A stretch of 64,000 nucleotides of DNA, from positions 153,300 to 217,299 of the forward strand of contig CAZLUD010000002.1 of the NCBI GenBank assembly GCA_964562615.1. The letters are read 5' to 3'. Below are positions 56,063 through 64,000 of the stretch, piece by piece. The position numbers and the translations under genes are program-made. The DNA is from an uncultured Candidatus Saccharibacteria bacterium. GTDB taxonomy: Bacteria; Patescibacteriota; Minisyncoccia; Phycocordibacterales; UBA12088. The notes under the pieces were generated by a model. The model saw nothing but the letters and a program-made list of their open reading frames with translations. It had not been told where the DNA came from and made no database searches. Positions within the stretch are counted from its first letter, which is position 1, and every line of letters begins with the position of its first letter.

Positions 56063-58492
56063 TTATTTTATCCTACTTCTTAAACTTTCATAAAGCTCTT
56101 TATACAGTGCTCTAAATGCATTCATCTCAGGACTTGCCCACGTACCCATGGTGCGCTTTTTCATTATCTTGTAGCCACCATTAATAACTATAGATGCGGT
56201 ATAGGGGCGGTCCATAGCAATGTACCGTCGTGCATAGTAGAGCTTGTGCAAAAATACCACCTGAAAGTAGCGTGATATAGGAAGCGTAGGTGCCATGGCG
56301 GTTATGTCTGCCATAATAGCTTCTGGATCTCGGTGTCCACTAGTAGGCGTGGGAGTATTTGCGAGTATGTCCTTTTCATAATTTCCATCACCCTCAGTAT
56401 CAACCAAGAATGACGTAAGGGTGCCATCTGGTGCAATAGTAATCTTGGCATCAGTATCAGTAGACACTGGGATATCTGGGTAATTTTTTCCTTGAGTCAC
56501 ACCCGCTTGTGTGACGGTATCAAATGATACTGAGAAAGTACCACTCCCTGTACCAGCTAACTCTAGGTGGTACTCCTCGCCAGTAGGCAAGACTACGTAC
56601 TTGGCATCCCCCACCTCTAGGTAGGCACTGTTAGGGATATCTTCTGTATACGACACCACTTGAGGAGTGTGGATCTGTTTGCCAGTATATTGGCCACTAG
56701 TATTAGTTGCGGCAATACTTATTGGTGAATGAACACCTATGAGGGTGCCTTTAGGGATAAATGATGGTGATGGCTTATTTTTTTCTATAAACATAGTTCC
56801 GAGGTTCTCCTCACGAACTAAATTTTTTATGAGTGAAGCAACTTCCTTTGCTTCGAACAACATTCCATGATCAATATTAATATTATTTAATTTGTTAAAC
56901 CCAAAAACATTAAAATAATACGTCACATTATTATTACTATCCCCCACTACCGTACCGTCCCCATCAAAGGTAAGTTGCGGGGTGTATCGTATAGCATTAT
57001 TTGATGGTGGCTCACCTTCATAGGTAATACCCTCTATCGTTGGTATACCCCACCCTACCACCGTTGTCACCTCTATATTGTTTGGTGCCGTCCATGCATC
57101 AAGGGTGTCATGGAGTAATTGCGCTCTGCTTAATAGCCCTTGATGCAAAGTTGCAGGGGTTTGAATATCATCAAACACAGGTGTATTTCGTAGGTCATGA
57201 CTATCTGTTAAAAAAGTCTCGAGTGATTCTCGTGAAGAGATGTTTTCTCCGTAGGCAAGTCCCCATGTGGAAAGTTTTTGATTATGTGGAAGTATACGCA
57301 CCGCGCTTGTGCCCGCATGCACAAAGTACTCATGTGATGGAAGAAGCACATGTGCACTAATCATATTGTGTATCGCGTCACGCGCATATGGCTCACTAAG
57401 AGCAAGCCCAAAGAAAAACCGTTGTCCATGCCCATGCAGGAGCGACCCTACCGCACTTGGCGTGCCAGTCTCTGGCGTACCTACCGTTACAAATTTATCT
57501 ACTAAGTCTTCTTTGCCTTGGCGAACAAGTTCATCGATAAGAAGCTTTCCTACCAAGCCTCCCATTGAGTGCGCGACAATGGTTACCTTTCCTGTTTGCG
57601 ATTTCTCAGCTAGGCTCTCTAATTCATGCACCATGGTGGTACCTCCGTCCTTCGTATTAATCACCCCACGCGCAATAGTCTCTATATCTAATCGCCAATC
57701 ATATGGTTGCGCATGCCATTCATTAATATCTCGGGTTTCTTTAAGAGCATCTAACGAAGCAAAAAACTGGGTATAAAAATGCGACGAACCAGCACTCGCT
57801 ATTACCTCATTGGTATAGATATCTTTTTTGCTTGTACCATCACTATTCATGGCAAGCTCTGAGGAGTCATAGTTCCCTACAAACAATTGCGGTGGCCATA
57901 GCTGATCATTGCTATCTTGCACATACAAATCACTTCCTGAAATACCAGGGATAAAAAAGACGTTCGAGCAACAATCTTCAGTACGATTTTCTGCGTAGGT
58001 GAAGGTAATAGTGTCATACGAGAGTGGCGGATTCCCTTTTGTACCTCCAGAGGTAAACCAGTCATATCCATTTTGCGGATTTCCTGGTTGTGGCTTCGTT
58101 ACTACCACAGTATACGTACCAAATGGTGCACTTTTTAGTGACAAAAATCTATTTGATAACACCACGGACCCTGCATTCCATCCCTTAAATCCAAACCCAG
58201 AGTACGCGGGATCAGTATTACCAAAGGTTCCCTTAAACACTCCTATTCCTCCATCAGGAAAAATAGCCGGTGCATCAGATGTAAATCGAAATGTCCAACT
58301 ATCCCCCATGTTAGTAAGGTCTTCAGGAACTATAACTGCCCCATCAGTAATCACCTTGCCGCCGGTGGTTACCGACGTAAAGAGCACAGAAGCAAATGCA
58401 GGTGTTGGAACAAAAAAAGCACCAACGGTGCATACAAAAACTACGTATAAAAAAATATGGTGGAGCCCCCTATAATGTGCCAAAGGCGACAT
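56063..58492 (-). CDS. Large secreted alpha/beta-hydrolase (lipase/esterase-like) with an N-terminal beta-rich region. Start at MSPLAHYRGL.., downstream of the upstream gene's terminator.
   Basis: Nucleophile elbow VTIVAHSMGGLVG (G-H-S-M-G-G); signal/TM IFLYVVFVCTVGAFFVPTPAFA. Confidence 0.65.
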   Translation of the reverse strand: MSPLAHYRGLHHIFLYVVFVCTVGAFFVPTPAFASVLFTSVTTGGKVITDGAVIVPEDLTNMGDSWTFRFTSDAPAIFPDGGIGVFKGTFGNTDPAYSGFGFKGWNAGSVVLSNRFLSLKSAPFGTYTVVVTKPQPGNPQNGYDWFTSGGTKGNPPLSYDTITFTYAENRTEDCCSNVFFIPGISGSDLYVQDSNDQLWPPQLFVGNYDSSELAMNSDGTSKKDIYTNEVIASAGSSHFYTQFFASLDALKETRDINEWHAQPYDWRLDIETIARGVINTKDGGTTMVHELESLAEKSQTGKVTIVAHSMGGLVGKLLIDELVRQGKEDLVDKFVTVGTPETGTPSAVGSLLHGHGQRFFFGLALSEPYARDAIHNMISAHVLLPSHEYFVHAGTSAVRILPHNQKLSTWGLAYGENISSRESLETFLTDSHDLRNTPVFDDIQTPATLHQGLLSRAQLLHDTLDAWTAPNNIEVTTVVGWGIPTIEGITYEGEPPSNNAIRYTPQLTFDGDGTVVGDSNNNVTYYFNVFGFNKLNNINIDHGMLFEAKEVASLIKNLVREENLGTMFIEKNKPSPSFIPKGTLIGVHSPISIAATNTSGQYTGKQIHTPQVVSYTEDIPNSAYLEVGDAKYVVLPTGEEYHLELAGTGSGTFSVSFDTVTQAGVTQGKNYPDIPVSTDTDAKITIAPDGTLTSFLVDTEGDGNYEKDILANTPTPTSGHRDPEAIMADITAMAPTLPISRYFQVVFLHKLYYARRYIAMDRPYTASIVINGGYKIMKKRTMGTWASPEMNAFRALYKELYESLRSRIK

Positions 58493-58511
58493 ACCACTAC
58501 ATACTACCACA

Positions 58512-58541
58512 AACGAAAAAGCCCCCGAAGGGGCGTTTTCG
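58512..58541 (-). terminator. Intrinsic terminator after the Wzy_C/TPR gene.
   Basis: gaaaaagcccc-cgaa-ggggcgttttc (10 bp, one mismatch); the minus strand has a TTTTTCGTTTG tail. Confidence 0.55.
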
Positions 58542-58615
58542 TAGATTTTCTTGGAAGCCTCACAACTTTCGAGGCACTCACAAAAGAAGTATAGCAGACA
58601 AATCGTAAATGTCAA

Positions 58616-60781
58616 TTACCGCATTGCATCAACCTCTTGTAGATAGGACGCAATTTCTTCTGCTCTATCAGGGAATGCCTCCTGCATTCGCACCAGTGTC
58701 TCTCGAGCCTTTTTCTTATCACCACTATTTAGATATGCCGCCGCAAGTCCTAGGAGTGATTCGTTATCAGTTGATGCTCTAAGCTCCCATATAGCAACCA
58801 CTGATGCCATATCCTTAGCATTGTAGTAGCTAGTGAGAAGTGTGTTGTTGTCTAGTATATGCGTACCTACCTGCTCGGTTAAAAATGCTTTCGCCTCAGC
58901 AAGTCTGTCATCATAGATAAGGGCTACGGCATAAAAGACAGCAGCTTGTTCATTTGAAGGAGCGAGATCGAATGCCGTCTTCATATACTCGACACCCATC
59001 TTGGTGTCGCCTCCGTTTATACTTGCAAGTCCAAGCTCATAGTAGATAGTCTGTTTTTTTGGAGAAAGCGCTAGCGCTTTTTTGAGCGACTCACTTGCTT
59101 CACCTGGCTGACCTGCGCCATTGAGGAATGTCCCGAGGAAAAGTTGTAGTCGTGCATCATCTGGGTATTGATCAATCTCTGATTGCAATATCGCCACCGC
59201 ACCCGCAGAAAACTTTTGCTTTTCTTCCTGTGTTACGGTGTCTGCATTTACCACCTGTAGCGCAGCTTGAATTACTTGCTCGGCAGTTTCTTGCCTTCCT
59301 ACGCTATTTTTTGCATACGCTTCCTGGTACATCGCAAGATTAACCAGCACCCCTCCCTCTTGTGGAGAATAGGTATCAATCAGCAATCGAGCTGTTTGAA
59401 TACCAGGAATGTTAATCGCATACACACTCACTGCAGTTATCACAAACACCGCAGGAGCCACCATTGTATAGACGGTCTGTTCACTGATTCTTTTTTCTGC
59501 AAAGAGGGTCGGTTCGTCCTTGGTAGTGCGTGTGTGTAGATAGGCAAGCAAACTCACAAAGAACACATAGCTGATCAAGTTGTCGAACACAAAGATGTTG
59601 TGCACCATATAGGCACCAAGTAGCCCGGTGAATATTGCCTTCTCAGTGGCGGTAAAGTCACCCTTTTTAGAAAGCCACAGATAATAGAGTGCGATTCCAA
59701 AAAGAGATAGATAGAGCGCAAACCCAAGGACGCCGCCCGCAATAAGCCAATCAAGGAAAATATTATGCACCCTATCAAACCACTGCTCTTGCTTGTACAT
59801 GAGCGGGTTGTAGTGCTGGTTAAAGACATAGTTAAAACTCTCTTGTCCCCACCCAAGTACAGGCCTCTCTTTAAAGCCTTCGTACGCCATGTTCCATATC
59901 ATGAATCGAGAAATGGTAGTGGTGTCAGTAAGGGATATAGAGGCAAAACGATTGAGTACCGGTGAAGACGTAACAAAGGCACTATCGCGATTCATGAAGA
60001 ATACCCCCGCACCAAGCGCAAGGAGGATAAGCAGTATGCCTGATCCGTATCTGAGTTGCTTTTTTTGTGAAAGGAATGCAGCGATAATTGCCGCAAGAGT
60101 GATGCCACCCAAAAATCCAAGTATCGCTCCGCGAGTCGCTGTGTAATAGAGCGTCACCAGCATCAAGAGAACAAAGAATGCGTACGGCAGACGGTAAAAC
60201 CATCTAAGCCCATCCCGTAGCGCATACTGAATAGCGATAAATATATGAAAGAGCGTATACACCGCAAGGTATGTTGGGTTACCAAGAGTAACATCAATAC
60301 GTGACCCCCCTACTCCATTAAATAGATACTCTCGTATCTCAAGCATGCCTTGTATACCGATTACCGTAGCTACCGCAATTGAGATATGCCAAAACCAATA
60401 CCACAAACGCTCGGTAGTAAGTACGCTTATCGTAATGACAAAATAGAGCAACAAGTGGAAGAGCGTAATCCAGCCCTCCATTCGCTCAAAGTTTGAAAAG
60501 AAACTCTTAAAGACATTTGGACTAAAGAGGTCTGCCACAAATATCCACCCCACAAACATGGCAAGCGACGCAAGAAGCCATGAAAATTTTGGACGATACG
60601 CGGGCTCCATGATGGCGAGTACCACCCATACCCCAAAGAGAACTTCTACTAATATTCTGAATGAAAATCCCTTCCCGGTAATATACGGAAAGAACATCGA
60701 CTCACTAACAATAAGTGGAATAAAAGGTACCAAAAAGGTACCAGCAATAAGCGTATAACGCAGTGCATCTTTAATAGTCAT
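58616..60781 (-). CDS. O-antigen-ligase/Wzy_C-family polytopic membrane protein fused to a C-terminal TPR-repeat domain (PglL/PilO-type O-oligosaccharyltransferase-like).
   Basis: ~12 TM with the Wzy_C loop region (..MAYEGFKERPVLGWGQESFNYVFNQHYNP..) followed by ~250 aa of TPR-like repeats. Confidence 0.6.
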   Translation of the reverse strand: MTIKDALRYTLIAGTFLVPFIPLIVSESMFFPYITGKGFSFRILVEVLFGVWVVLAIMEPAYRPKFSWLLASLAMFVGWIFVADLFSPNVFKSFFSNFERMEGWITLFHLLLYFVITISVLTTERLWYWFWHISIAVATVIGIQGMLEIREYLFNGVGGSRIDVTLGNPTYLAVYTLFHIFIAIQYALRDGLRWFYRLPYAFFVLLMLVTLYYTATRGAILGFLGGITLAAIIAAFLSQKKQLRYGSGILLILLALGAGVFFMNRDSAFVTSSPVLNRFASISLTDTTTISRFMIWNMAYEGFKERPVLGWGQESFNYVFNQHYNPLMYKQEQWFDRVHNIFLDWLIAGGVLGFALYLSLFGIALYYLWLSKKGDFTATEKAIFTGLLGAYMVHNIFVFDNLISYVFFVSLLAYLHTRTTKDEPTLFAEKRISEQTVYTMVAPAVFVITAVSVYAINIPGIQTARLLIDTYSPQEGGVLVNLAMYQEAYAKNSVGRQETAEQVIQAALQVVNADTVTQEEKQKFSAGAVAILQSEIDQYPDDARLQLFLGTFLNGAGQPGEASESLKKALALSPKKQTIYYELGLASINGGDTKMGVEYMKTAFDLAPSNEQAAVFYAVALIYDDRLAEAKAFLTEQVGTHILDNNTLLTSYYNAKDMASVVAIWELRASTDNESLLGLAAAYLNSGDKKKARETLVRMQEAFPDRAEEIASYLQEVDAMR

Positions 60782-60839
60782 TGAAAAGACTATACCACGG
60801 CAGTATCCCTATTGCGAATCGGGAGTTACAATACAGTAC

Positions 60840-62117
60840 ATGCTCACATCGCTTAAAACCCGCCTGCTGGCGATCCTCAAAAAATCAGAGCGCTACACCA
60901 AAACCGACATGAAATACCTTCTTGGTGGAGGGTTTTGGATTACCTTTGGACAACTGATTACGGGTGTCTCAGGGCTTATTTTATCCTACGCATTTGCTAA
61001 CCTTGTTTCCCCTGAAGTCTTTGGTAACTACCGATTTATTCTCTCTGTTGTTGGTGTGTTGGGCGCCCTTACCCTACCTGGTCTTGCCACATCAATAGTA
61101 CGGGCGGTTGCCCTTAACGAAAGGGGGGTATTTGCTCACAGCCTTATGGTGCGCATGCGTTGGGGTGTCCTTGCGTCAGTCATAGCTCTTGGTATCGCTA
61201 CCTACTACTATGGTGTTGAGCAAAATATTGAATTAGCACTAGCGCTTGTCGTCGCAGCGATATTTCTTCCCTTGTTTGAGCCGGTCCAGATGTACTCATC
61301 GTACCTAAGTGGAAAAAAAGATTTCAAGCGAACAAGTATGTACCTCACTCTTGCACACCTTGCTGGCACGCTAGGAGTCATCGGGACACTGTTTTACTCA
61401 ACAGAGTTACTCATTCTTGTTATTGCCTACTTTGTCTCGTATACCACCGCGCATGCAATGATGCTTGTGTTTGTCATTAACAAGTACCGCGAAGTACTTG
61501 TACACGACGCGACACATACAGAAACCATTGAATACGGCAAACACCTTAGTTATATAAATGGCTTCTATGTAATCACCACACACATAGACAAGGTCTTAGT
61601 CTTCTACTTTTTAGGACCAATTGATCTTGCGATATACACCTTTGCGACCTTATTTCCCGACTATATACGCAACATGACCCGCACCATAAGCACTGTTGCC
61701 CTGCCAAAATTTGCAGAGCGTTCAATGAAGGAAATTGGCCACACTATCTATGCCCGAATGACACTCTTTGGTGTGTTCCTTCTTGGTATCGCCGGTATCT
61801 ACGCACTACTTGCACCGTATCTATTTGAATTACTATTCCCACAATATCTTGCAAGCATTCCTTACACGCAATTGTTGTCACTCACCATACTCGGCGCGCT
61901 CATGTCTATACCAAACACCATTCTACGAGCACATAAAAAAGTAAAAGAGCTGTACACACTACAAATCTCAGGATCCGTAATTCAGATTTTTTCACTCGTT
62001 ATAGGTGTTGCGTTTTTTGGCATCATGGGTGCCATTGTTGCGCGCATAGGCGCACGACTCCTCCAAGCAGGGCTAGGATCTATATATCTCAATAAGATGT
62101 TTAGAACGGCAGATTAA
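60840..62117 (+). CDS. Wzx-like oligosaccharide flippase / polysaccharide biosynthesis protein (MOP superfamily).
   Basis: 425 aa, ~12 TM helices, typical PST-family layout. Confidence 0.6.
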   Translation: MLTSLKTRLLAILKKSERYTKTDMKYLLGGGFWITFGQLITGVSGLILSYAFANLVSPEVFGNYRFILSVVGVLGALTLPGLATSIVRAVALNERGVFAHSLMVRMRWGVLASVIALGIATYYYGVEQNIELALALVVAAIFLPLFEPVQMYSSYLSGKKDFKRTSMYLTLAHLAGTLGVIGTLFYSTELLILVIAYFVSYTTAHAMMLVFVINKYREVLVHDATHTETIEYGKHLSYINGFYVITTHIDKVLVFYFLGPIDLAIYTFATLFPDYIRNMTRTISTVALPKFAERSMKEIGHTIYARMTLFGVFLLGIAGIYALLAPYLFELLFPQYLASIPYTQLLSLTILGALMSIPNTILRAHKKVKELYTLQISGSVIQIFSLVIGVAFFGIMGAIVARIGARLLQAGLGSIYLNKMFRTAD

Positions 62118-62758
62118 CTCTTCTTTCTTGCGCTAAAGACTAAGTCAAACGCAAACCACGAAGGAAAATGTTTTGATAGTAATGCGTACTTACCAAGTCC
62201 ATATATCGTTACCTCGTCAAAGTGTTTAAGGAGTAGTGTTCGTAACTCATCGACAGAAAAATGGTTTATATGAGTAGGGTCTGAAAGAGGTGTATGTTTT
62301 TTTGAGGCAAACAAATAACGGAGTCGATGCTTGAGGGTAAATGCATTAGGAACTGAACCAACAAATACACCGTGGGGGTGTAAGTGTGCAGAAACCCTTG
62401 CACACACTTCTTGTGGAAAAAATAGATGCTCTACAACCTCTCCTGCAACTACCACATCAAACTTTTTTTCTCCTAATTCACTCCATGAACCATTAAGATC
62501 AAAGATGATGGTTTCTATACCTAATTGTTTTCGTGCCTCATTAAGTAGCTCAGCGTCTATATCCACTCCGAGCACGGAATTGTTTTTTGTGAAATAACGA
62601 GTAAGCGTCCCATCTCTACACCCAATATCAAGCACTTGCTTGCCCTCTCCCACAAGGGATGTAAATAGCTTTCCTCTATCAGCTTCAAGAATTGAAAAGC
62701 CCTTTCTTCTTCCCCCTTTATGGTGGGTAGTGTACATGTCTTCGAGTGGTGATACCAT
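62114..62758 (-). CDS. Class I SAM-dependent methyltransferase.
   Basis: Motif I VLDIGCRDGTLT; post-I acidic residue LGVDID. Confidence 0.7.
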   Translation of the reverse strand: MVSPLEDMYTTHHKGGRRKGFSILEADRGKLFTSLVGEGKQVLDIGCRDGTLTRYFTKNNSVLGVDIDAELLNEARKQLGIETIIFDLNGSWSELGEKKFDVVVAGEVVEHLFFPQEVCARVSAHLHPHGVFVGSVPNAFTLKHRLRYLFASKKHTPLSDPTHINHFSVDELRTLLLKHFDEVTIYGLGKYALLSKHFPSWFAFDLVFSARKKS

Positions 62759-62815
62759 GGAAAAACCATACCATAAAAAGTCTTTAGTGACATATTTTTG
62801 CGCTTCAACACAACC

Positions 62816-64000
62816 ATGAAATCAATACCTCACCTAGAACATATATTGAATGACGAGTGCACAGCGCTTATAGAGGCACTCCCTAACGCACATGAAAAGC
62901 TAGAAATTCTTGCCGCTCAATATCAAACACTATTTTGTAACAAAGTAGCAGCATTAGGGTGTGATATCTCTTCACCTGATGCAGCGGTGTGTGCGCACAA
63001 AAAAATGATCGCGCTCATAAAAGAAATTGAGCGATCATTAGAAATGAGATACTCAGCACTTAATTGCTCAAATAGCGATGCTCTTTTAGCATTTGGCTCT
63101 TCGCTACACACCCTACTTCCACACAACACAAACACTCACTACCTCACTGAAAGTGCGATAGTGAGATTACTTGAAACAAATCCGCCTCATGCCCTCATGA
63201 GGCTTCATCACGTAGACACCATAAAGGACTTGCAACAAAAACTCCCCTTACGAATGGCGCTTGCCGCAACGAGACATACAGAAAGTGATGTCTGGCAACA
63301 GACATACCTAACGACACTTAGCACGTGCGCTATAGAGGACTTTGAAGAGCGAACATTAACGATACAGGTTATAGACATGACGCATTACTCACAAACACTC
63401 ATTGACGCAGGCAAGACACCCAAACCCTGGCGAATGAGCCATAGTAAAGAGACCGGCGTTATCACCTTCTTTACCGCAGACAAATACGCACACCACATTG
63501 CACCTTTACTTACCCGCATAGCGGTATTCCTTCATTATTATTATGAAGTCACTAGTGTTGGCGAATTTATTGCAAATCGCTCACACCACACCAGCGAAGA
63601 ATCATTAGGTGCTACATTAGTTGCAATCATACACAATCACCGAGATTCATTTGCCCACTTTACAACTCCAAACATATACGACGAAAATTTGTACTGGAAA
63701 CACGCACTCCTCGCATTTGATGCACTGTTTGCCATACCTGCATTTGATTTTTTTAAGGATACCGCATCACTTGGCGGAAGGTGCGCCGACACCGGTGAGC
63801 TACTATCACTAAATATAATAGATGTGCTATGGGATATTAGCCTCAGCGCCACAGACATAGAGTCGTATTTTGGAAACAACCCAAAACGATTTCTTTATCA
63901 CATGCAAGAATCCCTTTGGTATGACCTCCTGCAAAACCTGCTTGCAATTACACCTGATGCTATGGAGAAATTGGTAAAAGCATCACTACACATTGGCGAT
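62816..64000 (+). CDS. Hypothetical His/Cys-rich protein, 3'-truncated by the window edge (at least 395 aa). Not in the ORF track because it has no stop inside the window.
   Basis: The frame is open from the ATG at 62816 to the window end (hand translation MKSIPHLEHILNDECTALIEAL...). Confidence 0.45.
   Translation, partial: MKSIPHLEHILNDECTALIEALPNAHEKLEILAAQYQTLFCNKVAALGCDISSPDAAVCAHKKMIALIKEIERSLEMRYSALNCSNSDALLAFGSSLHTLLPHNTNTHYLTESAIVRLLETNPPHALMRLHHVDTIKDLQQKLPLRMALAATRHTESDVWQQTYLTTLSTCAIEDFEERTLTIQVIDMTHYSQTLIDAGKTPKPWRMSHSKETGVITFFTADKYAHHIAPLLTRIAVFLHYYYEVTSVGEFIANRSHHTSEESLGATLVAIIHNHRDSFAHFTTPNIYDENLYWKHALLAFDALFAIPAFDFFKDTASLGGRCADTGELLSLNIIDVLWDISLSATDIESYFGNNPKRFLYHMQESLWYDLLQNLLAITPDAMEKLVKASLHIGD

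Noticed and set aside
62557-62817. 86-aa ORF overlapping the 5' end of the methyltransferase gene.
   Set aside because: Alternative-frame overlap with a well-supported gene. It has no independent signal.
1-64000. CRISPR arrays, rRNA operons, IS elements or transposases.
   Set aside because: No regularly spaced direct repeats, no rRNA-like conserved stretches, and no DDE/HUH/tyrosine-recombinase-like ORFs were seen.

Overview
The window reads like a streamlined, gene-dense bacterial chromosome segment, probably from a Patescibacteria/CPR-type organism (tentative). That guess rests on the split two-subunit transketolase, a non-oxidative pentose-phosphate gene set with no oxidative branch visible, several short housekeeping proteins, many type IV pilin-like genes, weak or absent Shine-Dalgarno sequences, and long co-directional minus-strand gene runs. 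Housekeeping content: dnaE (5'-truncated at the window edge), thrS, gyrB, pheS/pheT, tsf, rpsB, prfA, rpmE, rplY, gatB, obg, secA, murB, gap, rpe, rpiB, a two-subunit transketolase, a PfkB sugar kinase, and one tRNA-Thr(UGU). Accessory content: (i) a sortase gene directly upstream of a 2258-aa multi-repeat surface protein that carries an internal sortase-type sorting signal followed by a ~430-aa cytoplasmic tail, plus two membrane-anchored paralogues with a CARDB-like C-terminal domain flanking a Cys-rich secreted protein; (ii) a pheT whose B5 domain is interrupted by a complete NlpC/P60 papain-like domain, co-transcribed with a C39-like peptidase gene; (iii) seven type IV pilin-like genes sharing near-identical 5' ends, one of them frameshifted, interleaved with central-metabolism and ribosomal genes; (iv) a glycan cluster (Wzy_C/O-antigen-ligase-like protein with TPR repeats, Wzx-like flippase, SAM methyltransferase, GT2 processive synthase); (v) a 38-aa lysine-rich basic protein with a textbook terminator that the ORF track misses; (vi) an orphan MazF/PemK-like gene, GAF and PAS/zinc-ribbon sensor proteins, an extracytoplasmic MsrA-MsrB fusion and an 850-aa secreted alpha/beta-hydrolase. 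No CRISPR array, rRNA, transposase or integrase was seen. All calls rest on motif recognition by eye; no database searches were run.
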